Positions 27,498 to 37,399 of a DNA stretch of 44,222 nucleotides are shown here, one piece after another. This DNA comes from an uncultured bacterium (GTDB lineage Bacteria > Abyssobacteria > SURF-5). The notes under the pieces are model-generated. The model saw only the letters and a program-made list of their open reading frames with translations, was not told where the DNA came from and searched no databases. The stretch covers positions 1 to 44,222 of the forward strand of contig CAZSKP010000037.1 in the NCBI GenBank assembly GCA_964607485.1. Reading direction: 5' to 3'. Position numbers and translations under genes: made by a program. Every line of letters starts with the position of its first letter. The stretch's first letter is position 1.

Positions 27498-29246
27498 ATG
27501 GCATCCGGCCTGTTCTCGATGTTGTCGTTGGGAGCGAACGCGCTTCAAACCCAGCAGATTCTGCTCGACATCGCCGGTCAAAACGTCGCCAACGCCGCGA
27601 CCGAAGGCTACACCCGCCAGCGCGGCGACGTCTTGCAGCAGCCCGAGGTCCGAATCGGAGGGCTGCTCTTCGGGCTCGGGTCGCGGGTCGGAACCATCGA
27701 GAATGTTCGCGAGAGCCTCATCGACGACAGGTTCCGCCGCGAGAACTCTGTGCTGGGCGAATATTCGGTGAAGACGGATTTCCTGAGCCAGATCGAGGAC
27801 ATTCTCGCCGAACCGTCCCAGGAGGGAGTCGCGCAGGCGCTGGCCAACTTCTTCGACAACCTTCAGGAACTGACCAGTAACCCCGAAGACGGGGGCGTCC
27901 GCACGGCCGTCCGCGATTCGGGCGTCGCGCTGGCCGACTCCATCACGCTGTCCTATGACCTTCTGAACAGACTGCGCACCACCATGAACGATTTCATCGG
28001 AAACACGGTGGACGAGATAAACAGAATTACGACCCAGATAGGCGACCTTAACCGCAAAATAAGCAGCCTCGAGGCCGGCTCGGGAACGGCGAACGCGTCC
28101 CGCGACGCACGCGACCTTCTGCTGAACAATTTGTCCGAACTCGCCTCGGTCGAGATTCGTCGAAATCCGAACGGCACCGTAAATGTGTATCTCGACGGAT
28201 ACGGACTGGTGCAGGATTTCACAACTAATCCCTTGGGCCTTCGTCGCAACCCCGACCTCGACCCCACGCGAGAGGACCTGGTCGAAGTCGTCGCCGCGGG
28301 CGACGGCAACCGGCCGCTCGAGATAACCGGCGGCTCCCTGCGGGGCTACCTCGACATCCGTGACGGCGTGACGACAAACCAGGTACTGTCCGACCTCGAC
28401 GAGCTGACCCTGCAAATCATGGAAGAAGTAAACCGCATCCACAGCCAGGGCCAGGGGCTGGTCAGGTACGACTCGCACACCTCGGAGTTTGCCGTGTCCG
28501 ACGCCGACGCGCCGCTCGACAGCGCGGGGCTGCCGTTCACACCCGTGGACGGAACCTTCTTTCTGGCGGTGTACGACGCTCAGGGAGAGTTCCTCGAACA
28601 GCACGAGATTACCATCGATGCCGATACCGACACGCTGAATACCGTGGCCGCGCAGATAAACGCCGCCTTTGCCGCGGATGCGAGATTGACGGCCACAGTG
28701 ACGGCCGACAATAAACTGATGATCGAGACGACCACAACGGGCGACACGTTCTCGTTCGTCAGCGACGACACCCAGGCGGGCGACAACAGCGACTTTCTGC
28801 TGGCGATGGGACTCAACTCGTTCTTCACATTCGACCCGCTGGCGGGCCCGTCGGCATCCATCAGCGTCTCTTCGAACATAATGGATGATGTCGCGTTCAT
28901 CGCCGCCGGCCGCTCGACCGCTCCCGGGGACAACAACAACGCGCTCGCGCTCGCGCAACTGCGAAACGCGTCGGTGCTCGGCGCTAACGACAACGCGACC
29001 ATGGAAGAGTTCTTTCAGCAGACGCTGGTGTCGCTGGGGTACACCACACGAGAGGCCACAGACAGGCAGGAGATACAGTCGGGCGTGATAAGCGGCATCG
29101 CGAACCTTCGCGATTCCATATCCGGCGTCTCGCTCGACGAAGAAGCAGTGAACATAATCGCCGCCCAACAGGCCTACCAGGCGTCGGCCCGGTTCATCGC
29201 CGCAGTGAGCGACGTGCTCAACATATTGTTGACCGAAGTAGGCTGA
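27498..29246 (+). CDS. flgK: Flagellar hook-associated protein FlgK
   Basis: NVANAATEGYTRQR, GDNNNAL, SGVSLDEEA...QQAYQASAR. Confidence 0.96.
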   Translation: MASGLFSMLSLGANALQTQQILLDIAGQNVANAATEGYTRQRGDVLQQPEVRIGGLLFGLGSRVGTIENVRESLIDDRFRRENSVLGEYSVKTDFLSQIEDILAEPSQEGVAQALANFFDNLQELTSNPEDGGVRTAVRDSGVALADSITLSYDLLNRLRTTMNDFIGNTVDEINRITTQIGDLNRKISSLEAGSGTANASRDARDLLLNNLSELASVEIRRNPNGTVNVYLDGYGLVQDFTTNPLGLRRNPDLDPTREDLVEVVAAGDGNRPLEITGGSLRGYLDIRDGVTTNQVLSDLDELTLQIMEEVNRIHSQGQGLVRYDSHTSEFAVSDADAPLDSAGLPFTPVDGTFFLAVYDAQGEFLEQHEITIDADTDTLNTVAAQINAAFAADARLTATVTADNKLMIETTTTGDTFSFVSDDTQAGDNSDFLLAMGLNSFFTFDPLAGPSASISVSSNIMDDVAFIAAGRSTAPGDNNNALALAQLRNASVLGANDNATMEEFFQQTLVSLGYTTREATDRQEIQSGVISGIANLRDSISGVSLDEEAVNIIAAQQAYQASARFIAAVSDVLNILLTEVG

Positions 29247-29311
29247 ACGGGCGCGGGCGGCAGCCCCGGCGATGAGTCGGGAGGCGCCGTCCGACCGAGG
29301 AGGCGAGCAGT

Positions 29312-31222
29312 TTGGTCTCACGCATATCTAATCCGGTTCTGATAAACACGGCGCTGAGAAACATGCAGACTTCTCTCCGCCAGTTGCAGGACACGCAGGA
29401 GATTCTTTCGACAGGGCTCGTGATTCAGCGTCCCTCCGACGACCCCCTCGGCGCGGCGACTGCGCTCAGGCTCAGGGCGGAGATCGTCGAGATAAACAGG
29501 TTCGTCGTCAACAACGACCGCGCGGAATCGTTCGTCACGGCGACCGACGGAGCGTTGAGCACGATGAACGACATACTGAACGAACTGCGGGGGATAACCG
29601 TGACCGAGGCGAACGGCGCGAGCAACGAACAGGCGCGCAGAGCCGCCGCACTGCAAGTTGACGCCATAATGGAACAGCTCGTGCAGTCGGCCAACTCCGA
29701 TTTCGGAGGCCGCTACATCTTCGCGGGTCACGAGACCGAGACCGCCCCGTTCGTTCGCGTCGCCGACGGCGTCGAATACCGTGGCGACGACGGGCTGATA
29801 CTCGAAGAGATCGGGCCCGGCAACGTGATACCAATCAATATACCCGGCAACGCCGCCTTCGCAACGTTCATCGGACAAGTCATAGGCGACCGCGACCTGA
29901 ATCCCGACATCAGCGCCGGTCCCAGCTTCGATACGCCCCTGGCTCAGCTCAACGGTGGCAACGGAGTGCAGCCGGGAAGCATCGTCATCACCGACGGCAG
30001 CGGCGCTTCTGCCACGGTTGACCTGACGACGGCCGCGACCATAGGAGACGTTATCGCCGCGATAAATGGGGCCGCGGGAGTCACCGTCACCGCAAGTGTC
30101 AACTCAGACGGCTACGGCCTCTTGATTACCGACAATTCCGGAGGCACGGGTCAGTTGACGATAGCCGAATCCGGGGCGACCACCACGGCGGCCGACCTCG
30201 GCATACTGGGCAGCGGAACGGGAAGCATCCTGGGAAGCGACCTCGACCCCATCGTGGGGGGCTCCGCGGTGACCGCGGGCACGCTGCTGAGCGACGTGAA
30301 CTTCGGCGCAGGCGTGGACATGGCGACGGCCGCGTTCAACGTCACCGACCGCGACGGCAACACCGCGACCGTCAGCATCGCAGGATTGACGAACGTCGGC
30401 CAGGTCGTGACGGCGATAAATGCGGCGGGCACCAACGTCACCGCGTCGATAGCCGCCGACGGGAGCGGCATCGACCTGACAGACACGGTGAGCACCGGGC
30501 GGAGCCAGATTACCGTCACCGAGGCGGGAGGCACGACGGCCGCCGACCTCGGGCTCCTGGGCACGGGCATCGGCTCGACGCTTCAGGGGGCGAGGCTCGA
30601 CCCTGCAGGGGTTCCGTCCACTCCTCTCTCGCTTCTCAACGGCGGGCTGGGAATCTCGCTCGGGACCATCCGAATCACGAACGGAACGCTGACGGCGTCG
30701 GTGGACCTGACCGGAGCCGTCACCGTCGGAAACGTCCTGGCGGCGATAGAGCGCGCGGGCGTGAGAGTCGATGCGACGGTCGACTCCGCCGGCCAGAGGC
30801 TCATCGTCCAATCCCAAACGGGCGACACTCCCATCATAATAGTCAGCGAGGGCGACGCCGAGACGGCGGAGGAGCTGGGACTGTTCGCGCCCGGGATGTT
30901 CGAGACGGCGGAGGAGATACGCCAGGCGTTGTTGAACAACGACCCGGAGCGTCTCACGCAGCTCATCGGAAACGTTGATGACGCAACCTCGCGGGTCATC
31001 GACGCGCGCGCGAGCGCCGGCCAGCAGATGGTGCAGGTAGATTTCGCGCGTTCGCGCCTGCAGGACCTCGAGTTGAGCTTCGAGACGCTGCGCTCGAAGA
31101 CCGAAGAGGCCGACCTGACCGAGTTCGCGACGCGACTGGTCAACCAGGAGACGATATACCAGGCCTCGCTGGCGACCACCGTACAGGTGCTCCAGCCGAC
31201 GCTTTTCAGTTTCCTCGGATAA
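29312..31222 (+). CDS. flgL: Flagellar hook-associated protein FlgL with an expanded internal repeat region
   Basis: RPSDDP and GRYIFAG N-terminal flagellin domain; C-terminal EEADL...YQASL...LFSFL; TTG start after GGAGG. Confidence 0.93.
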   Translation: MVSRISNPVLINTALRNMQTSLRQLQDTQEILSTGLVIQRPSDDPLGAATALRLRAEIVEINRFVVNNDRAESFVTATDGALSTMNDILNELRGITVTEANGASNEQARRAAALQVDAIMEQLVQSANSDFGGRYIFAGHETETAPFVRVADGVEYRGDDGLILEEIGPGNVIPINIPGNAAFATFIGQVIGDRDLNPDISAGPSFDTPLAQLNGGNGVQPGSIVITDGSGASATVDLTTAATIGDVIAAINGAAGVTVTASVNSDGYGLLITDNSGGTGQLTIAESGATTTAADLGILGSGTGSILGSDLDPIVGGSAVTAGTLLSDVNFGAGVDMATAAFNVTDRDGNTATVSIAGLTNVGQVVTAINAAGTNVTASIAADGSGIDLTDTVSTGRSQITVTEAGGTTAADLGLLGTGIGSTLQGARLDPAGVPSTPLSLLNGGLGISLGTIRITNGTLTASVDLTGAVTVGNVLAAIERAGVRVDATVDSAGQRLIVQSQTGDTPIIIVSEGDAETAEELGLFAPGMFETAEEIRQALLNNDPERLTQLIGNVDDATSRVIDARASAGQQMVQVDFARSRLQDLELSFETLRSKTEEADLTEFATRLVNQETIYQASLATTVQVLQPTLFSFLG

Positions 31223-31240
31223 CGAGGCCATTGTGAAAAG

Positions 31241-31708
31241 ATGAAGATAACGAGCAGAACGCTGGGTGAGATCGAGCTTGCCGATGAGCAGATCGTCGAG
31301 ATGCCTTCGGGAATGATCGGCTTTCCCGCGTTCAACCGCTACGCGCTCGTTCCGTTCGCCGACTCCGACGTGCCCTTCCTCTGGTGGCAGTGCATCGATG
31401 ATCCCTCTGTGTGCTTCATCCTGATCGACCCCGCGCTCGTGTATCCCGACTACGAAGTGGCCGTGCCGCACGAAGAGCTGGAGGACATACGGCTGAAGGC
31501 GGCCTCGGAGGGGTCGGTGTACGTGGTGGTGACGGTGCCGAGCGACCCGCGCCAGATGACCGTCAACCTGATGGGGCCGATTGTCATTAATCGTTCCGCC
31601 CGCAAGGCGAAACAGCTTGTGCTCACGGACCCTCGCTACACGACCAAGCACAGGCTCCTGCGTGAAGAGGCGCCAGGCCATGCTTGTGCTAACTCGCAAA
31701 CTGAATGA
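31241..31708 (+). CDS. fliW: Flagellar assembly factor / CsrA antagonist FliW
   Basis: GMIGF, F.LIDP...[15 protein letters not shown]...QLVL...YTTKH. Confidence 0.93.
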   Translation: MKITSRTLGEIELADEQIVEMPSGMIGFPAFNRYALVPFADSDVPFLWWQCIDDPSVCFILIDPALVYPDYEVAVPHEELEDIRLKAASEGSVYVVVTVPSDPRQMTVNLMGPIVINRSARKAKQLVLTDPRYTTKHRLLREEAPGHACANSQTE

Positions 31709-31916
31709 GAGCGTCATAATAGGCGACACGATCGCCGTCACCGTGGTGGCGGTCGAGGGCGACCAGGTAAAGCTCGGCATCACCGCGCCCAAAGAAATAT
31801 CGGTGCACCGGCAGGAGGTGTACGAGCAGATCAAGAAGGCCAACGTCGAAGCCGCGAAGTCTTCCTCGACGGACATATCGTCGGTTCTGAAGCTGTTGCC
31901 GCCCCGAAAGAAGTAG
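31680..31916 (+). CDS. csrA: Carbon storage regulator CsrA
   Basis: [16 protein letters not shown]...[22 protein letters not shown] 31680. Confidence 0.97.
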   Translation: MLVLTRKLNESVIIGDTIAVTVVAVEGDQVKLGITAPKEISVHRQEVYEQIKKANVEAAKSSSTDISSVLKLLPPRKK

Positions 31917-32000
31917 CCCGCCTGCTTTTCATGAATAACCCCGATGTTTCACCAGATTCGGCCTGTTGCGCCGCCGGTTCACTGCATTGTTCCTCCGTTT

Positions 32001-32115
32001 CGTCATTGCGAGGAGCGAAGAGTTGCAAGCTCGAACGACGAAGCAATCTCGCTAATAGAGAGAAGACGCCGCCGGGATTGCGTCGGTCGGGTCGTCAACC
32101 CTCCCTCGCAATGAC
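32001..32115. repeat. CGTC-type palindromic repeat (REPIN-like), copy A2
   Basis: CGTCATTGCGAGGAG...CCCTCGCAATGAC; the arms closely match 4076-4190 while the central spacer differs. Confidence 0.85.
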
Positions 32116-32191
32116 TTGAATCATTCGAGCGACAGGTCCGATTGATTTGACCCATCGATTTGTGTAGAATAAGCGCACTCTGACAAAACCG

Positions 32192-33241
32192 GTGAGGAGG
32201 TGGAGCCGCGTCGTGAGAAGGTATGCCGGCAGGCGGACCGGGCTGACACCCGAACAGAGGTTCTCGATTGCGCTCGGCGGTGTCGTGCTCGTGTTGAGCG
32301 GGGGCGTGCTCGGATACATGCTGATCGAGGGCTGGACGTTCCTCGAAGCCTTCTACATGACGATCATAACGGTCGCAACCGTGGGCTTCACCGAGGTCAA
32401 GCCATTGTCGCCGGCCGGAAGGCTGTTCACCAGCGGATTGATAGTTCTCGGCGTAGGTTCGGTCGCGTACAGTTTTGGAACGCTCGTCGAGATGATGGTC
32501 GAAGGCGGGCTTCGGGACATCCTTGGGAGGCGCAGAGTGGAAAGGGAAATCAGAAAGCTGAAGGACCATTATATCGTGTGCGGTTACGGAAGGATGGGCA
32601 GCGTCGTCGTCGAAGAACTGACGAAGCGCAAGCTGCCGTGCATCGTCATCGAATCCGACCCGGCCAAGGTTCAGGACATCCTCGACCGGGGAATCCTGGC
32701 CATCACCGGCAACGCGGGAGATGAAGACGTGCTTCGGAAAGCCGGCATAGAGCACGCACGCGGGCTGGTGGCCGTCGCCGCTTCGGATGCGGAGAACCTC
32801 TTCATCACCATCACCGCGCGCAGCCTCAACAAGGACCTCTTCATCACCTCGCGCGCCGAGACAAGCGGAACCGTGCAGAAGATGCTCCAGGTGGGCGCAA
32901 ACAAGGTCGTCTCGCCGTACCTGATAGGCGCCTACCGTCTCGTGAGCACCATCCTGAAACCCGCCGTCACGCATTTCATCGAGCTGAGCTCGCTGGAACG
33001 CGAGATGGACGTGCGCCTCGAGGAAATACGCGTGAGCGAAAGCTCCAGCCTCGACGGCAAGCCGTTGAGGGATACGCCCATCCGGAGCGAGCTCGGCATA
33101 ATCGTCATCGGCATAGAGAAAAGGGACGGCAAGATGCTGTTCAATCCGCCGTCCAATCAGGTCATCGAGGGCGGCGACAAACTGATAACCATCGGAAACG
33201 TCAGCCAGACCGACAGGCTGGTGGAAATGGCGGGAGGATGA
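32192..33241 (+). CDS. Potassium channel protein (2TM pore + RCK/TrkA-N + TrkA-C)
   Basis: FYMTIITVATVGF pore loop, CGYGRMG nucleotide-binding motif, FNP...IEGGD. Confidence 0.92.
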   Translation: MRRWSRVVRRYAGRRTGLTPEQRFSIALGGVVLVLSGGVLGYMLIEGWTFLEAFYMTIITVATVGFTEVKPLSPAGRLFTSGLIVLGVGSVAYSFGTLVEMMVEGGLRDILGRRRVEREIRKLKDHYIVCGYGRMGSVVVEELTKRKLPCIVIESDPAKVQDILDRGILAITGNAGDEDVLRKAGIEHARGLVAVAASDAENLFITITARSLNKDLFITSRAETSGTVQKMLQVGANKVVSPYLIGAYRLVSTILKPAVTHFIELSSLEREMDVRLEEIRVSESSSLDGKPLRDTPIRSELGIIVIGIEKRDGKMLFNPPSNQVIEGGDKLITIGNVSQTDRLVEMAGG

Positions 33242-33481
33242 ACCGGCTCTTCCATGCCGGCCCCGCGGGGGACCACCCAAAGAACTACGGGCACGGAGAT
33301 GTGCGAATCAACACGCCGCATCCTGTCGAGAGCGTAGGCGCGACCCCTTGTCTCTTGCCCATAGACGCGGCGGATTGCCGGACACCTGACGAGGGAAGAA
33401 TATCCGACGCGGGCGCGACCCCGAGCATCGAGCGAACCGGCCCGACCGCCCTCTCTTCTTCTCCCGAGCTACGATAAAACC

Positions 33482-35047
33482 ATGGCGGACACACAAGCAT
33501 CTTTCGCAAACAAATGGATTATCACCTTCACCGTCGTGTTCGGAACCTTCATGGCGGTGATGGACATCAGCGTTGTCAACGTAGCTCTCCCCCACATGAT
33601 GGGCAGCTTCGGGCAGGACATGTCGTCCATCACCTGGGTGGCCACCAGCTACAGCATCGCCGAGATCATCATGGCCACAATGGCGGGATGGTGGAGCACG
33701 GTGCTGGGCCGAAAGCGGCTGTATCTGCTGTCGTTCGGACTGTTCACCCTCGGTTCGATCCTGTGCGGAACCGCCCACTCGTTTTCGCAGATGCTTGCGT
33801 ATCGGATCCTTCAGGGCATCGGCGGCGGGTCTCTGATCCCCGTCTCGCAGGCGATTCTGCGCGAGACGTTTCCGCAGGAAGAACAGGGAATGGCCATGGC
33901 CATGTACGGCATGGGAGTCGTGCTGGCGCCGGGAACGGGGGCCATCCTCGGCGGCTGGCTGACCGACCATTACGGCTGGGCGTGGATATTCTACATTAAT
34001 GTGCCCGTGAGCGTCATCGGCATAATGATGGTCACCGCCTTCGTACACGACCCGCCCTACCTGCGGCGCGGCGTGAAAAGGATCGACTGGCTGGGCATCG
34101 GTCTGCTCGCGGTCGCGCTCACCACCATGCAGGTCGTGCTCGAACGCGGACAGGAGAACAACTGGTTCCAATCGGACATGATCAAGGTCGGCGCGGCGGT
34201 GAGCGTCGTGGCGGTTGCGGCGCTGGTGTTCTGGGAGCTGAAGACCGACGAGCCGGTGGTCAACCTTCGAATGCTCCGAAACATGCCGCTCACAATCGGC
34301 TCGTCGATGGGCGTCATCTTCGGCGTCGCGCTGTTCGGCACCACGTTTCTGCTACCCCAATTCACACAGGAACTGCTCGGCTACCCCGCGTTCAAGTCGG
34401 GGCTGGTGCTGGCGCCGCGGGCGCTGATGCTGCTGCTTGTCATGCCGATTGCCGGCTGGCTTTACAGATACGTGGACGCGCGCGGGCTCATGCTGTTCGG
34501 CATCGGCGTCATCTGGTGGTCGTTCCACGACCTGTCCCGCCTGTCACTGGGGGCCGGATTCTGGAATCTCGTTCCGATACTCGTGATCATGGGCGCCGGC
34601 ATGCCGTTCATGTTCGTCACGCTGACGACCGTGTCGCTGAGCACGGTTTCGCGTCGAGACATGACCGACGCCTCCAGCATTTACACGCTCGCTCGGCGCG
34701 TCGGAGGCAACATCGGCTATGCCGTCGTCGCCACACTGGCCGCGCGCGGCGTTCAGATACATCGCGCGCATCTGGTCACGCACATGAATCTCCTCAACCC
34801 CCACTTCATGGAATTCCGCAGCCGCGTGATGGCATTGCTGGAACAGGCAGGCATGGACCCCGCCACCGCTCAAAAATCCGGCGATGCTCTCCTGAACATG
34901 CTGTTGAACCGCCAGGCCGCGATGCTTTCCTACAATGATATCGCGAGGATATTCGGGATGATGTTCGTGATAGCGGCGCCTCTGATACTCCTGCTGCCGG
35001 GCAGGTCGGGCTTCACCAACAGCTCGAAAACTCCGGGGTCGGAATAG
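33482..35047 (+). CDS. DHA2 (EmrB/QacA) MFS efflux permease
   Basis: MDISVVNVALP, WVATSY, RILQGIGGG, WIFYINVP, VLERGQ..NWF; about 14 TM segments. Confidence 0.93.
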   Translation: MADTQASFANKWIITFTVVFGTFMAVMDISVVNVALPHMMGSFGQDMSSITWVATSYSIAEIIMATMAGWWSTVLGRKRLYLLSFGLFTLGSILCGTAHSFSQMLAYRILQGIGGGSLIPVSQAILRETFPQEEQGMAMAMYGMGVVLAPGTGAILGGWLTDHYGWAWIFYINVPVSVIGIMMVTAFVHDPPYLRRGVKRIDWLGIGLLAVALTTMQVVLERGQENNWFQSDMIKVGAAVSVVAVAALVFWELKTDEPVVNLRMLRNMPLTIGSSMGVIFGVALFGTTFLLPQFTQELLGYPAFKSGLVLAPRALMLLLVMPIAGWLYRYVDARGLMLFGIGVIWWSFHDLSRLSLGAGFWNLVPILVIMGAGMPFMFVTLTTVSLSTVSRRDMTDASSIYTLARRVGGNIGYAVVATLAARGVQIHRAHLVTHMNLLNPHFMEFRSRVMALLEQAGMDPATAQKSGDALLNMLLNRQAAMLSYNDIARIFGMMFVIAAPLILLLPGRSGFTNSSKTPGSE

Positions 35048-35145
35048 AACGGCGCCACCAGCCTGCTCATCCGCCGAGGGCAGATTCCCTTTTCCCAGGC
35101 GAAGCCTCATTCAACCACGGATTAACACGGATTAGAACTGTATTA

Positions 35146-36702
35146 TTATTTCAGCTTCTTCTTAGTTCTGCTTGACAGCAACTCTTCATAAGCAGTTTTG
35201 GCCTGAATGGATAGTTGTCTATCTATTCCTAAAGATTTTTCGATAAATTCAGTCGCAACTTTCACGGCTTCTCGCCGGTCGTTTCCCTGAAGCAGCTTAG
35301 ATGCTTGATTATACACACCAGCTATTGAGCGATCTCTAGAGGAGTAACATATCGCCTTTCTCAAAGAACTCGGTTCAATTTTAAGCACTCCACTTCCATA
35401 AACCTTTGAGTTAGCCTCTATAGATAGCTGTCCCGGAATCGACAACAGGCTAAGCTGAATCCATTTCTTCTGAGTGGGTGTGATATTCTTAAAGAAGATT
35501 CGATGTATGGAATTTGTGCACAGAATATTCTTGTTGTTCAATACGAGGTAGGGAATCAGTGATACCCTATAAGGAAAAAACGCATCAGGAATATCTCCTG
35601 TCCTCACCATATACCATGGCTCTCGCCGTTGGGAATGAGATCTTAAGTGATACCCTTCAGCTTCTCCATATTCAATATGGTTCTTGAAATGAACTGCGTT
35701 TTGCCTCGTTATCAAGATGAGTTGCCTATCTGGTATGTTGCCGTCTATTGAGAATCCACGAAGCTGTGCGCCATTGGTAAGAATTGGCATTGTTCCATTA
35801 GTGCCAAGGCTCATCGTATTCAGTTCATCTTCATGTTTAATAAAAAAACTGTTGGCGCCGGTAACAACTCCAATAGATACGTTTGCATATTTCCCGAAAT
35901 TATCAAAACCGTATTGCGATTTATATCTCTTCACGACCTCCGAAGAATCATAAGAAAAAGAGAGGCTTACTCGATCTCTTGTAAAGCATTCCTTTGAGAT
36001 ACTGTGATACCTAACATGCTCCGTTAGAGTACTAGCGGTGCCTATGGACAATTTCCTGTTGGGACTTCCGTGCCCTTTCATCCAAACTAGAACCACTCTT
36101 TCCTGAGCATCATTAAATAGATCATTTCCGAGTGCAAGTATCTTTATATCGCGGAACAAACGTGTCAGCCATTTCCTTAGGTCAACTGAATAGTCTGCTT
36201 GCAGAAAAGACCATGGAAGTATCGCGCCAATGCTTCCTTTATTCTTGAGATGAGCCGTCGCTTTAACTATAAAATAAGCCCAAAGGTCAGACGTTCTCTT
36301 AAGAGGGAATATGTCTTCAATCATATTTTGATAATGATCGAGTGTGTCTTTCTTCAGATAGTGATGCCGGACATATGGAGGGTTCATAAGGACGACATCA
36401 AACTTCCCTTTACCCGCATAATCAAGGAAATCGCACTTACTAAGATTTGACGCAGGGAGATGCTGTGTTCGATTGGATAAAGGGGAAAGATCACAGCCGA
36501 ATAGGTTGATTCTCTTCCTTGACTGATGCTTCTCCCTTAGCACCTGCTCAGCAGCAAGGAGTAGTGCTCCCTTACCGAATGCAGGATCAATGATTCTTAG
36601 CTTTGGGCCAGTTATTAAAGGTTCGACTAGCTTTCTTGCTAATAAGGAGGGTGTGTAATAGATCCCATTTCTTCTATTGTCAGGAAGTGCTTTCTTTCCC
36701 AT
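35146..36702 (-). CDS. N6-adenine DNA methyltransferase (gamma-type order; Eco57I/TaqI-like catalytic domain + TRD)
   Basis: GIYYTP (motif X), IDPAFGKGALL (motif I), MNPPY (motif IV), DLWAYF, GVVTGANSFF, YGSGVLKIEP. Confidence 0.9.
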   Translation of the reverse strand: MGKKALPDNRRNGIYYTPSLLARKLVEPLITGPKLRIIDPAFGKGALLLAAEQVLREKHQSRKRINLFGCDLSPLSNRTQHLPASNLSKCDFLDYAGKGKFDVVLMNPPYVRHHYLKKDTLDHYQNMIEDIFPLKRTSDLWAYFIVKATAHLKNKGSIGAILPWSFLQADYSVDLRKWLTRLFRDIKILALGNDLFNDAQERVVLVWMKGHGSPNRKLSIGTASTLTEHVRYHSISKECFTRDRVSLSFSYDSSEVVKRYKSQYGFDNFGKYANVSIGVVTGANSFFIKHEDELNTMSLGTNGTMPILTNGAQLRGFSIDGNIPDRQLILITRQNAVHFKNHIEYGEAEGYHLRSHSQRREPWYMVRTGDIPDAFFPYRVSLIPYLVLNNKNILCTNSIHRIFFKNITPTQKKWIQLSLLSIPGQLSIEANSKVYGSGVLKIEPSSLRKAICYSSRDRSIAGVYNQASKLLQGNDRREAVKVATEFIEKSLGIDRQLSIQAKTAYEELLSSRTKKKLK

Positions 36703-37399
36703 AGCAAAAGTCGGTTGTAAATAGGTATGCTGCTTGATGGTGCCTTTCGAAAAATTTCACGCATTGTTTGTGATACGGCTTTATGAATATTTTCTCATGT
36801 TTAGCTATCACGCCCCTCCACACTGAATCTTCAACAATCTTATGAGTATCCTCGCAACGAAACTCTTTGAATAGTTTATTCAACAGTATTGCAAGAGTCA
36901 TGGGAATTGAATAAATCCTGGGTTGTGAAAGCTCCGGGAATAAGATTTGATTATAGGATTCTTCGTACCCTTTTAGACCACTCGACATCTCTCCGGCATA
37001 CTGGAGGTGAAATATAGGCTTTAAGTATCTTTTGTCACATTTCGCATAATCGAAATGAAATTTCCTTTTGGGAATATATTTCCCCCTTCTATTCTTAGTG
37101 CCTATAAAGAGATAATATGTAATCTGTGAGAAATCATTGACGATTCTTGAGCCAACATGGATACGCAGGTCCCTTCTTGAGCAAGTCACATCAAAAAAAG
37201 ATTCAAAATTGATATTGTGTATCTTAGCCTTCTTACGTGATGATAAGGCATCATATTGAAGCTTTGCTTTGGAACTCAATTGGGGGAATTTCTCTCTGAC
37301 ACGAGGATTTGAAGAGAGGAAGCAAAAAGTGTCTTTTTCACAATCCTTAATTATTGATGAGTCCCTATAAGGACTATCTTGCCAATCATCAATTTTCAT
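36680..37399 (-). CDS. Uncharacterised protein (RKFHFDY...PIFHLQY...PRI; DUF2290-like by eye)
   Basis: 239-aa ORF overlapping both neighbours; the family resemblance is tentative. Confidence 0.7.
   Translation of the reverse strand: MKIDDWQDSPYRDSSIIKDCEKDTFCFLSSNPRVREKFPQLSSKAKLQYDALSSRKKAKIHNINFESFFDVTCSRRDLRIHVGSRIVNDFSQITYYLFIGTKNRRGKYIPKRKFHFDYAKCDKRYLKPIFHLQYAGEMSSGLKGYEESYNQILFPELSQPRIYSIPMTLAILLNKLFKEFRCEDTHKIVEDSVWRGVIAKHEKIFIKPYHKQCVKFFERHHQAAYLFTTDFCYGKESTS

Noticed and set aside
32370-32400. K+ channel filter TVGFT instead of TVGYG
   Set aside because: TVGF/Y-x-E variants are common among prokaryotic RCK-gated channels, so this is not unusual enough to report.
33238-33477. 79-aa ORF between the K+ channel and the MFS gene
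   Set aside because: No properly spaced RBS, low-information sequence, and it overlaps a degenerate GTAG-REP-like segment (33334-33360, with GGCGCGACCCC repeated at ~33411).
35146-36702. Calling the methylase a fused type IIG restriction-modification enzyme
   Set aside because: The protein starts directly with motif X (GIYYTP) at about residue 13, leaving no room for an N-terminal nuclease domain; 518 aa fits MTase plus TRD only.
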